Source of the DNA: Lytechinus pictus
Taxonomy: Eukaryota
DNA length: 64,000 nt
Direction: 5' to 3'
Assembly (NCBI RefSeq): GCF_037042905.1
Contig: NC_087263.1
Location: 9,984,001 to 10,048,000, forward strand
Shown: positions 22,592-37,270 of the stretch, one piece after another
How positions within the stretch are numbered: position 1 is the stretch's first letter
Layout: each line of letters opens with the position of its first letter
Notes under the pieces: model-generated
Databases searched by the model: none
The model's input: the letters and a program-made list of their open reading frames with translations, nothing else
Told to the model about the DNA's origin: nothing
Translations under genes and position numbers: made by a program

Positions 22592-25500
22592 TGATGTTTG
22601 CAAATGTCAAAGAAATGTTTCAGAAGCAAAAGTGAAGAAAACAGCTCACTGTTGGAAAAAAAAATCAATGAAATAATACTAAAATGAAATATGTACTTGA
22701 ACAGTGAAGAGTGTATTCACACAACATCGATACATGAGATAAAACATCGGTCAGGCGATGTAATTATTCCTTTTTTAACAAAGAAGATGTACCCTTTGGG
22801 GCATTTATTTTTATTTTTTTTGTTTTGTTATACTTCCTTTCTTTTTAAGTTGCTTTATAATCAAAATGGTGTGTTAAATGGATAACTAAGACGGCAAAAT
22901 TTTGCAGATGATAAAAGTATGAAATTAGTATCTATTGAAAGAAAATGATGGAAGGATAAAGTAAGGTAAAGCTGCTTGTCACTTTTCTTTTTCTTTATAT
23001 TCATAAACAACTTTAATCTTTATATGATTGACTTGTGTATTTATAACTAGAGCAAATGTTAATAAGCATCTACCAACAAGCCATTAGAAAGAAATGTTGG
23101 AAAAGATGAAATTGTAGAATACAATTGAACAGAATGATACATATTTTTCTTCAAATTGAAAGTGCCTTTCACTCTTTCATTTTTATTTTTTGTATTTTTG
23201 TTTTCTTACGGAACCAGATGTGAAAGGGTGAGAAATTTAATGAAATTTTAGCCAAACAATGAATTAAAAAAAGTGAAAAAAAAAATTGGCATCAAAAATA
23301 GTTTTAAATCAAATAATTGAATTTGGTAGCATGTCTTTATTAAAAAGAAGTGAAAGAACGATTAGGAAGGATTGAATAAGTTGAAATAGAATTTTTAAAA
23401 ATATATCTTTCAACTGAATGTCCTTTACTTTGTATCACGAACATTTTAATGAACATTACCTGTAGAATGTGGCTCCAGTGTTCATATATCTAAAAGTTGC
23501 TGCAAATAATCGTAAGTGTTGAAAAGGAAATGTTCAGAATGAAGTGATTGAAAGATTTAAATGAAGAAAGGGCAGAAAGAAATGAAACAGAAGGAGAATA
23601 CATTTAGACTCTCCGAATGGAAAGCCCTTCACGTTTCTTCTTTTTCTTTAAAGTATAATCAGTACCTGAAGTGAAGTATAATAGTTGCATTGTTTATCTA
23701 TTTTTTTTTTTTGAGCAAGTAATCATTAGTATTCAACTGAAAGATCACGTTAGAAAGAAATGATAGAAAGATGACGGAATGAGAAGAGGTTTTTTTTTTT
23801 TTCTTCTTCGATTGAAAGACCTTCACTTGTCTTTTAGGTTTTTTTTTTTTTTTTTTCTTTTTTTCTTTTTGTGAAATAGGGAAGGAAAATCGTTAAAGAT
23901 GTTTACAATGACTGATTACAATACTCAAAGCTGAAGCAAAGAACTATAAAAGTATGACAGCAAGTCATCAATAGAAAATTATAGAAATCGAGGAATGGAT
24001 GGAATGGAATAAAATGTTTACTAAAAGAGTTGTTTTGACATCAAGTCATTTCTAGAAAGAAATTGATGAAAAGATAGAGAAAGGGTTTAACTGATAAAAA
24101 AAATCACTTCAGGCTGAAAATTTTACCTCTTACTTTTCTGTTGATGTGGGTTTTTTTCTTTTTTTTCTTACTTTTGTGTTTTTTTTATGGCTTAGCTGTA
24201 TAAAATGTATAAAATGTTGACCTGGGTACAGTGTAACTTGCAGTTGTAAGTGGTAAAGAAGGGAATGGTGGATGAAGGAAAGATGAAATGATAAGAAACA
24301 GAAGGAGAATGCATTCAGAGTCTTCAAAAGGAAAGTCTTTCGCTTTTCTTTTCTTTTCCTTTTTTTTTTTTTTTTTTGGATAAAATAACTTCAAAAATGT
24401 GTAAAATGCTTGAATTTGGTATAAAAAATTTAAACAAATAATAATAATAAACATTCAGCTGCAAATAATTAGAAAGATATGATGGGAAGGGGAAGAAAAG
24501 ATAGGATGGAAATCAGACAATGACTCTTCCAATTGAAACTCCTTCTTTTTCTTTTGCCTGGTCGTTTGATGATGACATGTAAAGCTGAAGCAAATAAAAG
24601 TATCTGACAGCAAGTAAAGGAAACTTTTGGAAATCAAGGAAAGGACGGAATGAGATTTAACAAAGGGAAGATAGTTTTTTTGTTGTTGTTGTTGTTGAAG
24701 TCTGAAAAATGATTCCTCACTTTTCAGTTAGCTTTTTTCTGTAATGTTTTAAACGACAGTTATGAATAAGTCAGGAGAATATAGTTAATTTGGACAATGG
24801 ATTTAATTGAAACAGAGTAAGAAGACAGAAAATCCTTCCCTCTCCTCTCGTTGGTATTTAAAATGTATAAGCTGTATATTGAGTATAGGATTATGGAAAT
24901 GTGGACTTGGATACAGAGTATCTAAAAGAAAGTGATGCAAAATATAATAAGACATTTAAAAGCAAGTATTTAAGAAGGAAGTAATAGAAAAGAAAAGATG
25001 AAGAGAGTGTGACATGTAATGAAACATAGGGGAATGTAGATTCTGCAAACGGATAATCCCTTTTTTCTTTTATTTTTTTCTTTTCGATATCTGTAAAAGG
25101 TATACAAAATGGCTGATTTGGGGTTCTTTTAAAGCTGAAGCAAATAGGAAGGTATTATAAAGAATTCGTGAAAAGAAAAATTGTATAAAGGATGGGAAGG
25201 AAATGAAACAATGAAAACTTTCTTTCAGATTGGACGTCCTTCTTCATGTTCTTCACTTTGAAAGGAAGGGTTAACGACATGAAGCAGAATTCGAAGAGTT
25301 TTTTTTTTTCCTGTTTGGTTTTTGTTTTGTCAATGATGAGCATATGTATGTTAAATCATTTTGAGTACAATGCTGGTTTTGGGACAAGTTATTTTAAATG
25401 TGAACTCTGGCGTGTCTTTAAAATGTATGTTTGTTAAGGATTGCTTGGTATCCCTCATTTTGTTGAGGTTTGAGGATGGACGAAAGGTTTTGCACATAAC

Positions 25501-26180
25501 GTTATTACAGATAATGCTGTCGTATTTAATCAGATGTAACAGGTGCAAAGTCCGGGAAATTATTTTATTTGTGAGTTTCTCATGCATCTGATTGAGAATA
25601 TCAATGGGAAATTAGAATGTAGTTTCCCCGTTGGTGTCTCTTTTTTATATTCATTTTTTATGCATTTCTACAAGGTGCAATTACAATGAAGACAGAATGT
25701 TGGAAAAGCGTAGAGATGGAATATTTCATTCTCCTCTCCTTTATTATTTGTTTTCCTTTATTTTCTTTTTATATTGGATCATCTTTGTTAGCGTTTGATG
25801 ATTTGCAAGCATTACTACTTTTCTTTATTTTTGTTCGTAAAGGGTTATTATGTTTTACTTGGAAAATATTTCCTAACGAATTTGTTGAATGTGAATTGGA
25901 AGGGAGCTCTCTCTATGTTTAAGGCTATTTTTAAGTATGTGTGTTCTTTACATGGGTCTATACTTTTTGATGAATAGTGTAATTGTGTTTCGATTGGCAT
26001 GTACTTGGTGTTGGGTGTATGCGTGTGTCTGTAAATGGGAGTGTCTTTGGTGTGGTCCAGTGAATGTGAGTGATTGTTGTTTGAAGCGTGGTTATGCCTG
26101 TTCACATTTAAATCTGTTACTTGGTCAGTTTCATTTGCATATTTTTCGGGATAGGGTGTTTAGGCTTCAATAGTAGGTCG

Positions 26181-29100
26181 TATTTTACTTTATTAACTTT
26201 AAATGTCAGAGGGCTAAGAGATAGAATTAAAAGGAAGAACATTTTTGAATTTTGCAGAGATAAAGGCAGTAACATAGTATTTTTTCAGGAAACATATAGT
26301 ACGGTAGAGGTGGAAGAAAAATGGAAATCAGAGTGGAATGGTCAATTACTGTTCAGTCACGGAACAAATCATAGTAAAGGTGTTTTAGTTTTGACTTCTC
26401 CAAATATAAATATGAAAATTAAAAATGTGAGTATTGGCGAAAATGGAAGATATATTATAATGAAATTAGAATATCAGCAATCTACTTTTTTACTGGTAAA
26501 TTGTTACTTTCCCACCAGGGATAAAGAAAAGATGCAAATTGAATTTTTAGATGAATTGGAAAATTGTATTTCAAAGCTTTATAGTTCCGGAGATACAATA
26601 ATTTTAGGAGGAGATTTTAATATGATAATGAATGGGGATTTGGATTATATGGGGCCTCGAAAGTCTATAAAAAACAAATTTAACGAAAAGTTCGAAGACC
26701 TCCTGGACAGATTATTTTTAGTAGATATATGGAGAAAAAAGAATCCAGAAAAAAAACAATTCACATTTAGACAAAAGTGGCCGGTCGTTCAGAGTCGGTT
26801 GGATTATTGGTTCGTTTCCTCTACATTACAGGATTCCGTTAACTGTTGTGATATTTTGACATCAATTACACCAGATCACTCAGGTGTACTGCTTCAATTA
26901 CGTAACTTTGTAAATGCTCCAGACTTTGGAAATTCTTATTGGAAATTCAATAACAGTTTGTGCGTAGATCAAGAATTTGTTAGGATGTTTAAAGATAAAG
27001 TAGTTGCATTAAAAGCAGAATGGATTCCAAAAATAAAGGACAAATTACTGTTATGGGATTTTTTGAAAATGAAAATGAGACAGTTTATTAATACATATAC
27101 AAAAGAAAAGGCAAAGGTCAGAAAAAAATGAAATTAAAAAAATAGAGAAAGAAATAGAAGAATTAGAAAATAAACTTTTGTCTCAGCCATTGAGAAATAT
27201 AATTGATGACATTGATGAGAAAAAATCTAATTTGAACAAGTTATATGAATATAGTCGACAAGGTTTAAAAATTCGGTCAAGGGCAGTTTGGTTTGAGGAA
27301 GGAGAACAAAAAACACAATATTTTGAACAGTTATTGAAGTCTAATAAACGGAAAAGTGTGATAAAAGAATTATATGATGACGATGATCACATCATTAAGG
27401 ATAGAAAGGAAATATTGAAGAAGATTGGAACGTATTATGAAAACTTATACTCATTGAGTGAGCTATTGTTAATGAAAATCCTTTGTTCCTTAAGGATATT
27501 CCTCAATTAAGTAAAGAAAGTTGTAATATATGTGAAGGTAGAATAAGTATTCATGAATGTTTAAATGTTTTAAAAGAAATGAAATATAATAAATCCCCTG
27601 GTAACGATGGTTTTACGGTAGAGTTTTATTATACTTTTTGGAATTTATTAGGGGGACTTTTGGTAGATGTTTTAAATGAAACATATGAAAGGGGAAAACT
27701 GACAACCTCACAAAAGCAAGGTGTGATAACGTTATTGGAAAGAAAAGATAAAGATCCATTATATGTCCAAAATTTTAGACCAATTACACTTTTAAATGTG
27801 GATTACAAAATATTGTCAAAGGTTTTAGCAAAAAGATTAAAAGGTATACTAAATGAGATAATTCACAATGATCAAGTTGGCTATGTAAAAGATAGAAACA
27901 TTGGGGATGGTGTAAGATTAATAGATGATATGTTATATCAATCTAATTTCAAAAATATTGGATATTTAATCACTGTTGATTTTGAAAAGGCCTTTGATTC
28001 TGTTTCACATGATTTTCTTTTTAAGATCCTTAAACTATTTGGATTTGGGCACTCATTCTGTTCGTGGGTCCGTGTTTTATACTCGGATATTACTAGTACT
28101 GTTATGAATGGGGGGTTTTCTTCCGGTTATTTTAATATAAAGCGAGGGGTAAGACAGGGGGATCCCCTCTCCCCATATTTGTTTCTGCTCTGTATTGAAA
28201 TACTTGCTCTGGCAATAAGGAAAGACAGACAGGTTGAAGGAATTCAATTTCAGAACCGTGAAATAAAGCAAATTTTGTATGCTGATGATATATCATTGTT
28301 TGTTAAAAATACACACTCTTTAGATCGTCTTCAATACCTTTTTGAAGAATTCGAGAAAATTAGTGGTCTAAAAATAAACAAAGGAAAAACTAATATTTTG
28401 TGGATGGGTCGGGATAATGACAGACCTCAGACACAGTTGTTTGGGAATTTTGTTCAGCATATTAAAATTTTAGGTGTTTACTTTTCTCTTAATGTTATAA
28501 TAAAAGAAGACATGAATTACAAAGAAATACTTAGTAAAATAAAAAGACTGTTGGGATGGTGGAAACAAAGGGATCTCACACTTATGGGGAAAATTCACTT
28601 GTTAAAAACATATGCATTGTCAAGGCTAAACTTTGTTTCGTCACTAATAGTGGTTCCTCAGTGGTTGTATGCTGAGGTTGAAAAGATCACATTTGAATTT
28701 TTATGGTCCGGAAAAGATCGGATAAAGAGAATTATAATGTACCAGGATTACTCACAAGGGGGTTTAAAAATGATGAATTTTAAGTTGTTTGTAAAGTCTC
28801 AACGTTTAATGTGGCTTAAGCGATTACTTTACGGAGAACGAGATGCAGGATGGAAGTTGTATTTTGATTTTTGTTTTCGATCAGTTGGGGGAGATTTCTG
28901 TTTCTATGTGACTTTGACACTTCAAAATTAAATATAAAAATGCCCCCATTTTATTCAGAAATGATGAAGGCTTGGCAAGACTTAAGGAGATTTCGTTATT
29001 CTGAAGAGGAGGTTAACCCTATTATATTCAATAATCAACATATTTGTATAAAAGGTAAAACAATTTTTGACAATGATCTTTTTAATAAAGGAATATTTAG

Positions 29101-29965
29101 CGTTGATCAAATCTTTGATAATGGCCACTTGAAGCCTGTGACTTTTTTTCAAAATCTCGGTATTACCGCAAATCAACTTCTCCAAATAATAGATATTGTG
29201 CACGTTATACCAGCAAGCTGGAAAATTTTTAATAGTTTAATAAAGTTTAAAAAAATTGATTTGGTAGACTTTGGGATAAGTATGAATATTGGAAAACAGG
29301 AAACAGCTTTTGAAGTAATTAAATCAAAAACAATTTATAACTTGTTTATTACTAAGCTACAAGAGCTATACAAGTTAACACTTAAGGATGGTCACAGTGA
29401 TTTTGATTTTACTGATGTAGAAATTTGTAAATTATTTGAATATATCAGGAGTACAACTCTTATAAGAAAACAAAGGGAATTTCAGTTTATGCTTTTACAT
29501 GGAGCAATATATACAAAAGAGCATTTGATGAGATTTGGTTTCGTGGGAGATAATTATTGTTCGTTTGGTTGTACAAAAACTGAATCGTACTTTCATATAC
29601 TCATGGATTGCATAAAAGTTAAACCTCTTTGGCAATTTTGTATTGATCATTTTTGTTTAGCTGAATTAAGAACTTTGAATTGGAGGGAAACATTCTTAGG
29701 GTTACCTGGAAATTCTTGTAGAATTAAATGTGTCAATTCTGTTATTCTTTTTATTAAATATGCAATTTTTAATTCCAGAGCTGAAGGCCGGGTACCGTCA
29801 TTTATTAAAATACACAAATATGTAACGGGTTGTATAGAAGAAGAAAGACGCCTGGCAACGAAGTCAGGCAAGTTAAGTTTACATTTGCAGAAATGGGATG
29901 AACTGAAGGTGAAAAGGGATTTGAATGTGAACAGGTGGGATGTGTCTAGTGTGGTGCGAGTGTGA
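26181..29965 (+). pseudogene. L1/Tx1 ORF2p (APE endonuclease, RT, zf-RVT) with frameshifts at ~27128, ~27470 and ~28890
   Basis: TLNVRGL, FFQETY, GGDFN, SRLDY, PDH; KSPGNDGF, RPITLLNVDYK, DFEKAFD, GVRQGDPLSP, YADD; CSFGC...HILMDC. Confidence 0.93.
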
Positions 29966-30555
29966 ATCCTGGTGTGAATGTTGATGTGTTTTTTTTTTTT
30001 TTACTAGTTCTTTTCAATTTCCCCTTCTCTTGTATCAATATGATTTGCAGGGTTTTTTTCTTTCTGTATCCTATTGCGCCAAAATGTTAAACGTTCATTA
30101 TGCAGATTTGTATATATTATGTTTGTTTACGTATGCGTGGTATGTGCATGTGTGTATGGGTGTTAAGGTGGGTGTGTGTATGTGTGTATAATTATGTAAA
30201 GTTATGTTGAAGCTTGATATAAAATGGGATGCAATGATAATACATTTAGATTGATTTCTGTTTTCCTGCAAATCATTTATATAGCCATTTAACATTAACT
30301 ATTATTGAAATACATAGAGGGTTGGGGACTCACTTGAGTTATTTTCTTTTTTCAGATATAAAAGTATAATTTTAAGGAGTTTCATTCCGTCCTTATTTGC
30401 TTCAGTTCTTGGTAAATATATATGTACTTTTTTGCAAATCCTTGTTGATATGAAATGAAGATTTGTATTTTGTTTTGTATTTATCTGCAGTTTATGTAAT
30501 TCATTTGAATGAAATCCTTAATAAAAAACATATTGAAAAAAATATATATATATAT

Positions 30556-30680
30556 AGTCCGGGGTTCGATCCCCGGCCGCGGCAGCTATGCCCGTGAGCA
30601 AGGCATTTAATCTACAATGCTCTTTTATCCTGCTTTCAAATAAATGGAAATGCTATATGCATTATTGGTAACTAGGTGTG
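30556..30680 (+). mobile_element. 5'-truncated tRNA-derived SINE fragment
   Basis: B-box GGTTCGATCCCC followed by CORE-like cccgtgagcaaggcattt. Confidence 0.6.
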
Positions 30681-30871
30681 AACTTGTTTAAAAAAATATA
30701 TATATATATGCATACATATGACAACGAAACAAATCCGAAAGTTAATGCTGTTTTCTCCAATCAATGTTTATTCAAAGAAGAACATGTGCGTCACTCAAAA
30801 AGATATATACCACCAATTACAAGAGAAGGAGGGGAAGAGAGAGAGAGAAAAATCATTTTCCATAAGTGATC

Positions 30872-31380
30872 TTAAAGAGGAAGTTCACCCTGAAGGACAT
30901 TTTTCTGTAAAAATATCAGAAAAACAAATTTTGTAAATACTGGTGAAGGCTTGAGGAAAATCCTTTAAAGATTCAGAAAGTAATTATAATTTTAGGTTTT
31001 TTGAGTTGTGACTTCATAGACGAGCAGCTGCCCTATATGTTATGCAATTTTGATATGCATAAATTTCCTTTTTTTAATTGTTCGTGGTGTCTTTTTTTGT
31101 TTTCTTTTTATGAATGGGTGTGAAATGATTTGTTTATTGGTTTATTGAACTTACAAGGAAAGCCATTTTCGATTTTATGAGAAAATGACATTTAATAGAT
31201 TTTTTATAAAACCATACGATATGTAGGATAGCTGCTCGCATGTGACGTCACAAATCAAGAAATTTAAATTACAATGACTTTCTTGTATTTTTTGATGGAT
31301 TTTTCTCAAACCATCAGCAATATTTTTTAATATTTTACTGCTATTTTTACAATAAACTTTTTGTCAGGGTGAACTTCCCA
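30872..31380. mobile_element. Kolobok-like MITE
   Basis: TIRs gaagttcaccctga / tcagggtgaacttc; left end begins ttaaag. Confidence 0.7.
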
Positions 31381-31899
31381 TAATAATAAGTAACTAATTG
31401 TTCGCAGAATAGGCAATTTATTCCCCACATAAACATTGTCAAAGAAACTATAAATCCAGCATTTGTGTACATACCTTTTATCAAATATATGCAATGATTA
31501 TTGTGATGACATAAACTAATATATTTCAAAGTCAGTTGCAAGGCGAATTCCCTTAAAGATATGAACGTTTATAATTGTATTTATATATATGCAAACATTG
31601 CTTCTGGTAAAATGATCTCGTAGTTGTGATATCACCTTTTCATAATAGTTTCCACTAAATTATGGAATATTTTAAGTGAAAATGGCAGAAAAAATAAAGT
31701 ATTCTTGAGTACATAAATCATATATAAACTATTCGGCTTACATTGACAGTCCCTACAAGGGAAACGTAAATTATGAAATATTAAATATTCTAATTTCCTC
31801 CTCATTGTCCTGGTCGAAAACAAAGTTTCATTTTCCCTAAACATGTGGAATTGTATGATTGTTTTTAAGATTTTTGTGGTTCAGTCAAGTTGGTCCTTA

Positions 31900-33380
31900 T
31901 TTTTTTTTATCTTTGCAATTTTTATTTGTCACAAAAACAATCAAAGTATACAAAACATATGGTTGCACTTCAAACAGAACATTGATACAAACTGTGTATA
32001 AGTACATACAACATATCCTAAAAAAAATATTGTGAACTCAGAATAATTTACAAGTAACTTGTACCCTAGTCCTGCCGACAGGACGATCCATTAAAACCGA
32101 AAAAGAAAAAGGGGTACGGTAATACCCGTCGGTTAACTGTCGTCCTGGCGGCAACGCCGGGGTATAGCGCAACCCCAAAAATATGACATTTTAATTTATT
32201 AACATGACCGAAAGTATGACATAAAAAACACCACTACAACATGAACAGAAGATAAAACAAACTCACAAAGACGATTAACACAAAATACTCATCTACAGTG
32301 GTTACAATTTATGCAATGGAAATTTTTTTTTTTATGTTTTGCCATTTTACATTGTGTTTATTGAGTTTGTTTTTCTTTTTTGCAATAATTTCCTCAGTAA
32401 CTTTATAAGATAAAAGATAATAATTAAATTGTTTCAAACTAGGGAGAGTCTCTTGGTATTTACATCGCAAAATGAATTGTTTACCAAGTAAAATTAGAAA
32501 ATTAAATGCTAAGGTGGATTGACTTAATGGTTCTAGTAATCCAAATAAAATAGTATTTCGTGAAAGGAAATAATTAGGATTAAAATCAGTCACTCTCATA
32601 CGCAACGCATTCCAAAAGGATGCTATTTTAGGGCATGCAAAAAACAAATGATCCAAAGTCTCGGGTGTCGCATTGCAAAAAGAGCATAATGCATTGGTTT
32701 TCTTTCCTATTTTTGTGAGCCATTCATTTGTAGGTATTAAGTTGTTTAAAATTTTATAGTGTGTGATTCGAAGTCTGGTGTCAATAGTGATTCGTAATGG
32801 AAGAGTGAACAATTTGGAAGTCTGTTGCCTATCGATGTTGTAAAGTTGATTAAAACGTGTAAACACCTTGGAGGTTTCGGAGTTATTAATATTTAAAAAA
32901 GTGCGATAAAATTGCTTTGTCGATATATTCTGAATTTGTCTAAATGCAGATTCACAGAAAAGAGAAGGGAAATCCCCAGGTTCTTTTACAAGATGATGGT
33001 AATTTTGTTGTAAAAAGTAAACTTTCCATTTTCCTGGCATTATTTTATAGCAGTCTAACAATTCAAAATACTCCGTAAACTTTAACCCCTTTTCTTTCAC
33101 TTCCCTCCAGCGTAGTGGGCGTCCAAATTCATCTAACATATCAGTAATTTTAGTGAATCCCTTTTCTTTTATGTTTGGTTTATAAATATATTTTCCTTTA
33201 AATGTGATATAGTGATTGTTCCATATAAACTCATTGGTAATATCTATTTTCCTTTCCAATAAACACCATGTTTGTAAAATGTCCAACAACCAATTTGACA
33301 CTTCAATATTCAAATATTTCATATCAAAATTACAATAAAAAATGTACTCTCCACCGACAGGTGACAACAATTCTATACAT
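31900..33380 (-). mobile_element. 5'-truncated L1/Tx1 LINE: ORF2 C-terminus (stop 32309) plus 3' UTR and A-rich tail
   Basis: EFIWNNHYI, YKILNNLIPTNEWL, CSFCNATPETLDHLFFAC (zf-RVT). Confidence 0.88.
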
Positions 33381-34279
33381 ATATATATAAGTTGGTCCTT
33401 ATTACTAAATCTGTAGATATTCAAATATTGCATCAATCAACACATAAAAAACCAAAGATAAAGTGAGTGAGGGACATCATTGACTCTCAAATTTGCATGT
33501 CCCTCGCTTGTTCATAACTGTTTTGTGAAAAATAAGCAAAACTTTAAAAAAGGTCATAACTTCCCTATTTTACATCCGATATTGATGAAATTGTCACATT
33601 ATGCTTGCTAGATTTTTCTTTTCTCATTCAAATCATCATATTTCTAGGGTAGACCTGACCTTTGATAAGCAAATCGTCACTGAGTATTGAATCATGTAAA
33701 TAATGAGTCTACAGTCTGTAACTGACAGGAGAAATACATATTGGTGCCTGATCATTCTTATGATCATTTCTTATCGAATGATGATAAAAATTATAATTAC
33801 CAAAAGCAAATTTCTCGATTTAGGAGGATACTAATATTATGGTGTAATGTTAGTTTTTCATAACATTTTCCACCAAAATTGTGAACTTTTGTTAGTGAAA
33901 GTAGCTGACAATATAAAGTATAATCAAGTTTATAAAACACAAGCATGCAGCTCATAATGTTGACAGGACACTCCCTACCGATGAATCTTAAATCGTGTTT
34001 TTAAACAAACCTGGGAAATTAGGTGTCATTGTAAAAAAAATGTTAACGAGTGAATCAGTATCGATTCATGTACATAATGGTTTATGTAGGATGAACTGAA
34101 CAGTATGTTGTTCGTATTGGATAAATGTATTCGCAATGTTTGGTCCGTTATACACCAGTGCATGTTAAGTATTAACAGCAACAGAACATCATATAAGAAT
34201 ATTTACAGCTCTTACAAATGTTCGAACTATTACTTCTTTTAAAACATTGAAAACAATGAACAAATGAATTATCTTTAAA

Positions 34280-35290
34280 AAAATGAATGAAAACCTCGCA
34301 TTATGTACACATCTGAGTATGAAAACAATTCAGTTAATGGAAATTAGAAAATACAATCTGATCAGCTGTTTATGACTTTACTCATTGAGATACGGTTTTG
34401 AATCTTATTGTTAAGCAAACCTATTATTAATAATTGATAAAAATGTATTTCTCTATTCAGAAAAAAAACCCAGAAAGCAAGCAATTCTAAAATTATTTTC
34501 ATTATTTTGTGGAATTCCAATGATTCTTGCATGCCACATCTATTTGATTTATTTGGTGTATATGATAGAAAATCAGTAATATTGTAGAATCTTAAATCTA
34601 AAAAAATGTATTTACAGTTAGCTTATTATAATTGTTTCTCGGGCCTTGCAAATTTCCACACGTACATTTTATCCAAAACAAATTCTAGTAGTATTATATT
34701 TTCTTTAAAGTAAAGAATCAAAGCTTCGCATTATGTATATTTTAAGTAAAACGAAGAAACATAAGTAAATGGAAGTGAGAAATATCTTGATTAGTTTTTT
34801 TAATGATCATTCGAAGAAAATTTTGAGTAAAAAATTAAAAAACTTCAGTGGCTATTGACAAATATATATTTTCCAATCACAAAAACACAGAAATAAGCAA
34901 TTCTCAAACAATATTATTCTGCAAGAAATTTGTGCATGCTACATCTTAAATGTATTTACATTTTACTTTTGGTATAACTAAATTTTTACAGGTCTTGCAA
35001 ATGCGGACACTTTGATTTTCTATTTTAAAAAAATATCTAGAATAAATTTTCTTCAAAACAGAATAAAAGCTACGCAGTATGTTCACATCTGAGTATGGCG
35101 AAAAAAAGAGACCCATACAAATAACTGGAAGTTAGAAATTTCGATTCTAAAGTGATCAGTTTTTATGATCATTTGAAGATAATTTTGAGTACAAATTCAT
35201 TCGAAACCGACAGATTTTATTTTCCAATTTACTAATGAAACACGAAAAATACGTAATTCTCAAACTATATTGTTATGTTTGAAATTGTAA
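34280..35290 (+). repeat. Degenerate tandem repeat, about 3 units of ~350-430 bp
   Basis: aaa(g)c(t)tcgcattatgt at ~34291, 34720 and 35066; agaaa(t)aagcaattct recurs. Confidence 0.6.
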
Positions 35291-36005
35291 ATAAAATTCC
35301 GTATAATCCTCAATAAAATGAATTGAAAACATCCGGGCACATCTTTCGGTGTGTACATAGTATACTCGTTTCATTACGAGAGTAAACATATAAGTATAGA
35401 TTATTAAAAAAATTATTCCATTACCTTCATAGCCAAAATTATGTTTTTTTCTGATTCGAATATTTCAAAATCCCTTTTTCCAATAAACCAAACTGAATAG
35501 ATGTAGGCGTTTACTTCGATATAAAAATATATAATCCGCTACATCAAACAGTAAGTACAATCTGAAAATCAATTTGCTTAGATATGGAGGCAATCGAAAA
35601 TAAAGTTCACAAGCAAGCCATTAGCGATTTCTAAAAAATATCTTATTTGTTATATTTCTTGTGACAATACTATCATCATATACGTACATCTATGATCAAG
35701 TTTTCCTCCTCCGCCACAAAATATTCGTCACAATTTAGTAAAACAAGTTAGTAAATATGTACTTATAATAATAGTTCATGAAAAATTTAATTATATACAT
35801 GTGCGTCATACGCGATATTGACTTCGATTAAATACTGAAAGATATTGTCTGTCATTTACACGCATTGTGAACTATCAGCAAACATAAATTGTTACACTTG
35901 CATATTATTCGCGTTTACACTATTTCTTCGAAATACATGTACATTGCAACGAATGTGATGCGAATATAACATTTCTCAACACACCTTGTCAATAATTACC
36001 CGCCT

Positions 36006-37270
36006 TTAAAAGGTTACTCCGGACTGAAGATAATGGTATCTATATAAATTGAAAGAAATTCACTAAGCAAATGGCTGAAAATATCATCAAAATCTGATGA
36101 CAAATAATGAAGTTATTGAATTTTAAAAGCAATATTTTGTGAGAACAGGTACACGCACACCGACGTGCGATAGGAAGGCTATTAAACGATGTCATGTCCC
36201 CATTTTCATTTGTTCTAACGTTATACATGAAATACTAAGTATTTCATATTTCCATACCTGTGTGTATGATATGTCTCTCTTGTAACCAAATAAATTGCAG
36301 CAATGATCACCTTTAAAGGGGAACCCAGCCTTGGGCATAAATGTTGCGTTAGATAGGAGAAAAATAAAGGAAACAGAATGGTGAAAATTTAAAAGAAATC
36401 GGACAAGTAATAAGAAAGTAACGGCTGCTTTAAAATTAAGATCCCTAAGACTACGTACATTTCAAAATGGCAACCGGGTAAGTAAATCATGACAAGGGAT
36501 AAGGGCAACTTTCCCACAGGCCATGTACTTAATTATAAGGGATTTGTGGTTTTCTCCTAAGTACTAATTTCCCTGGGGCAGTAATCTAAATATATCCCAG
36601 GTACGTCCTCATGAAAGAAAAATATAATTTGAAGTATATTTTTTGAAAAAAAGAAGACATTTAACCATTATATGTATTGGAGTACATGGAAGAGTCGCAC
36701 TTGCCTTTATCACTATGACACCACATATGCGGCCAATTTGAAGTATCCATGGGTATAGTGATTACTAATTTTTACACCTTTTAAAAATTCATAACTTTCT
36801 TATTGTTTGTCCGATATTGTTCAAACTTTCACCTATCAACTTATCTGATTTTTCTTTTTCCTTTAAAAACAAGTTTTTATTTGGGTTGGATTCCCCTTTA
36901 ATACACTGTAAAAAGACAAATGGAGAAAAGAGTGGAAAAGGACCGAGGAGTAACAGAGTTTTCCACCCTAATAAGAAATGTTGTCCGTCCTCAGCCCTTT
37001 TCAAAAGTGATTTCCATTGTGAAAGTTTTTGGAGGACAAAATTCAAATGAATATGATTTCATATAATCAAAGACAAAGAATGGGGATATGATATCATCAG
37101 CTTGTTCATTAAATGAAGACAATTAAGCATGGGAGTGTTTCACTGAAACATTGCTTAAAATGTCATAGTCTTTTATTCCTTTTGCGATTTGTATGAAATT
37201 CTTAGTGTATTGTTTGTCTGATTTACTATATCTGTTCAAAATTATATTATTTTCAGGCCAGAGTACTACA
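36006..37270. mobile_element. Kolobok-like MITE with a nested TTAA-flanked MITE (36312-36901)
   Basis: Outer ends tactccggactgaa / ttcaggccagagta; inner ttaaaggggaaccc ... ggattcccctttaa. Confidence 0.65.

Larger units (their letters stand above)
21480..30545 (+). mobile_element. Near full-length L1/Tx1-type LINE with a ~3.6-kb inter-ORF spacer
   Basis: ORF1 plus APE-RT-zf-RVT ORF2; AATAAA and A-rich tail at ~30520-30542; TA/TG microsatellites on both sides. Confidence 0.85.
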
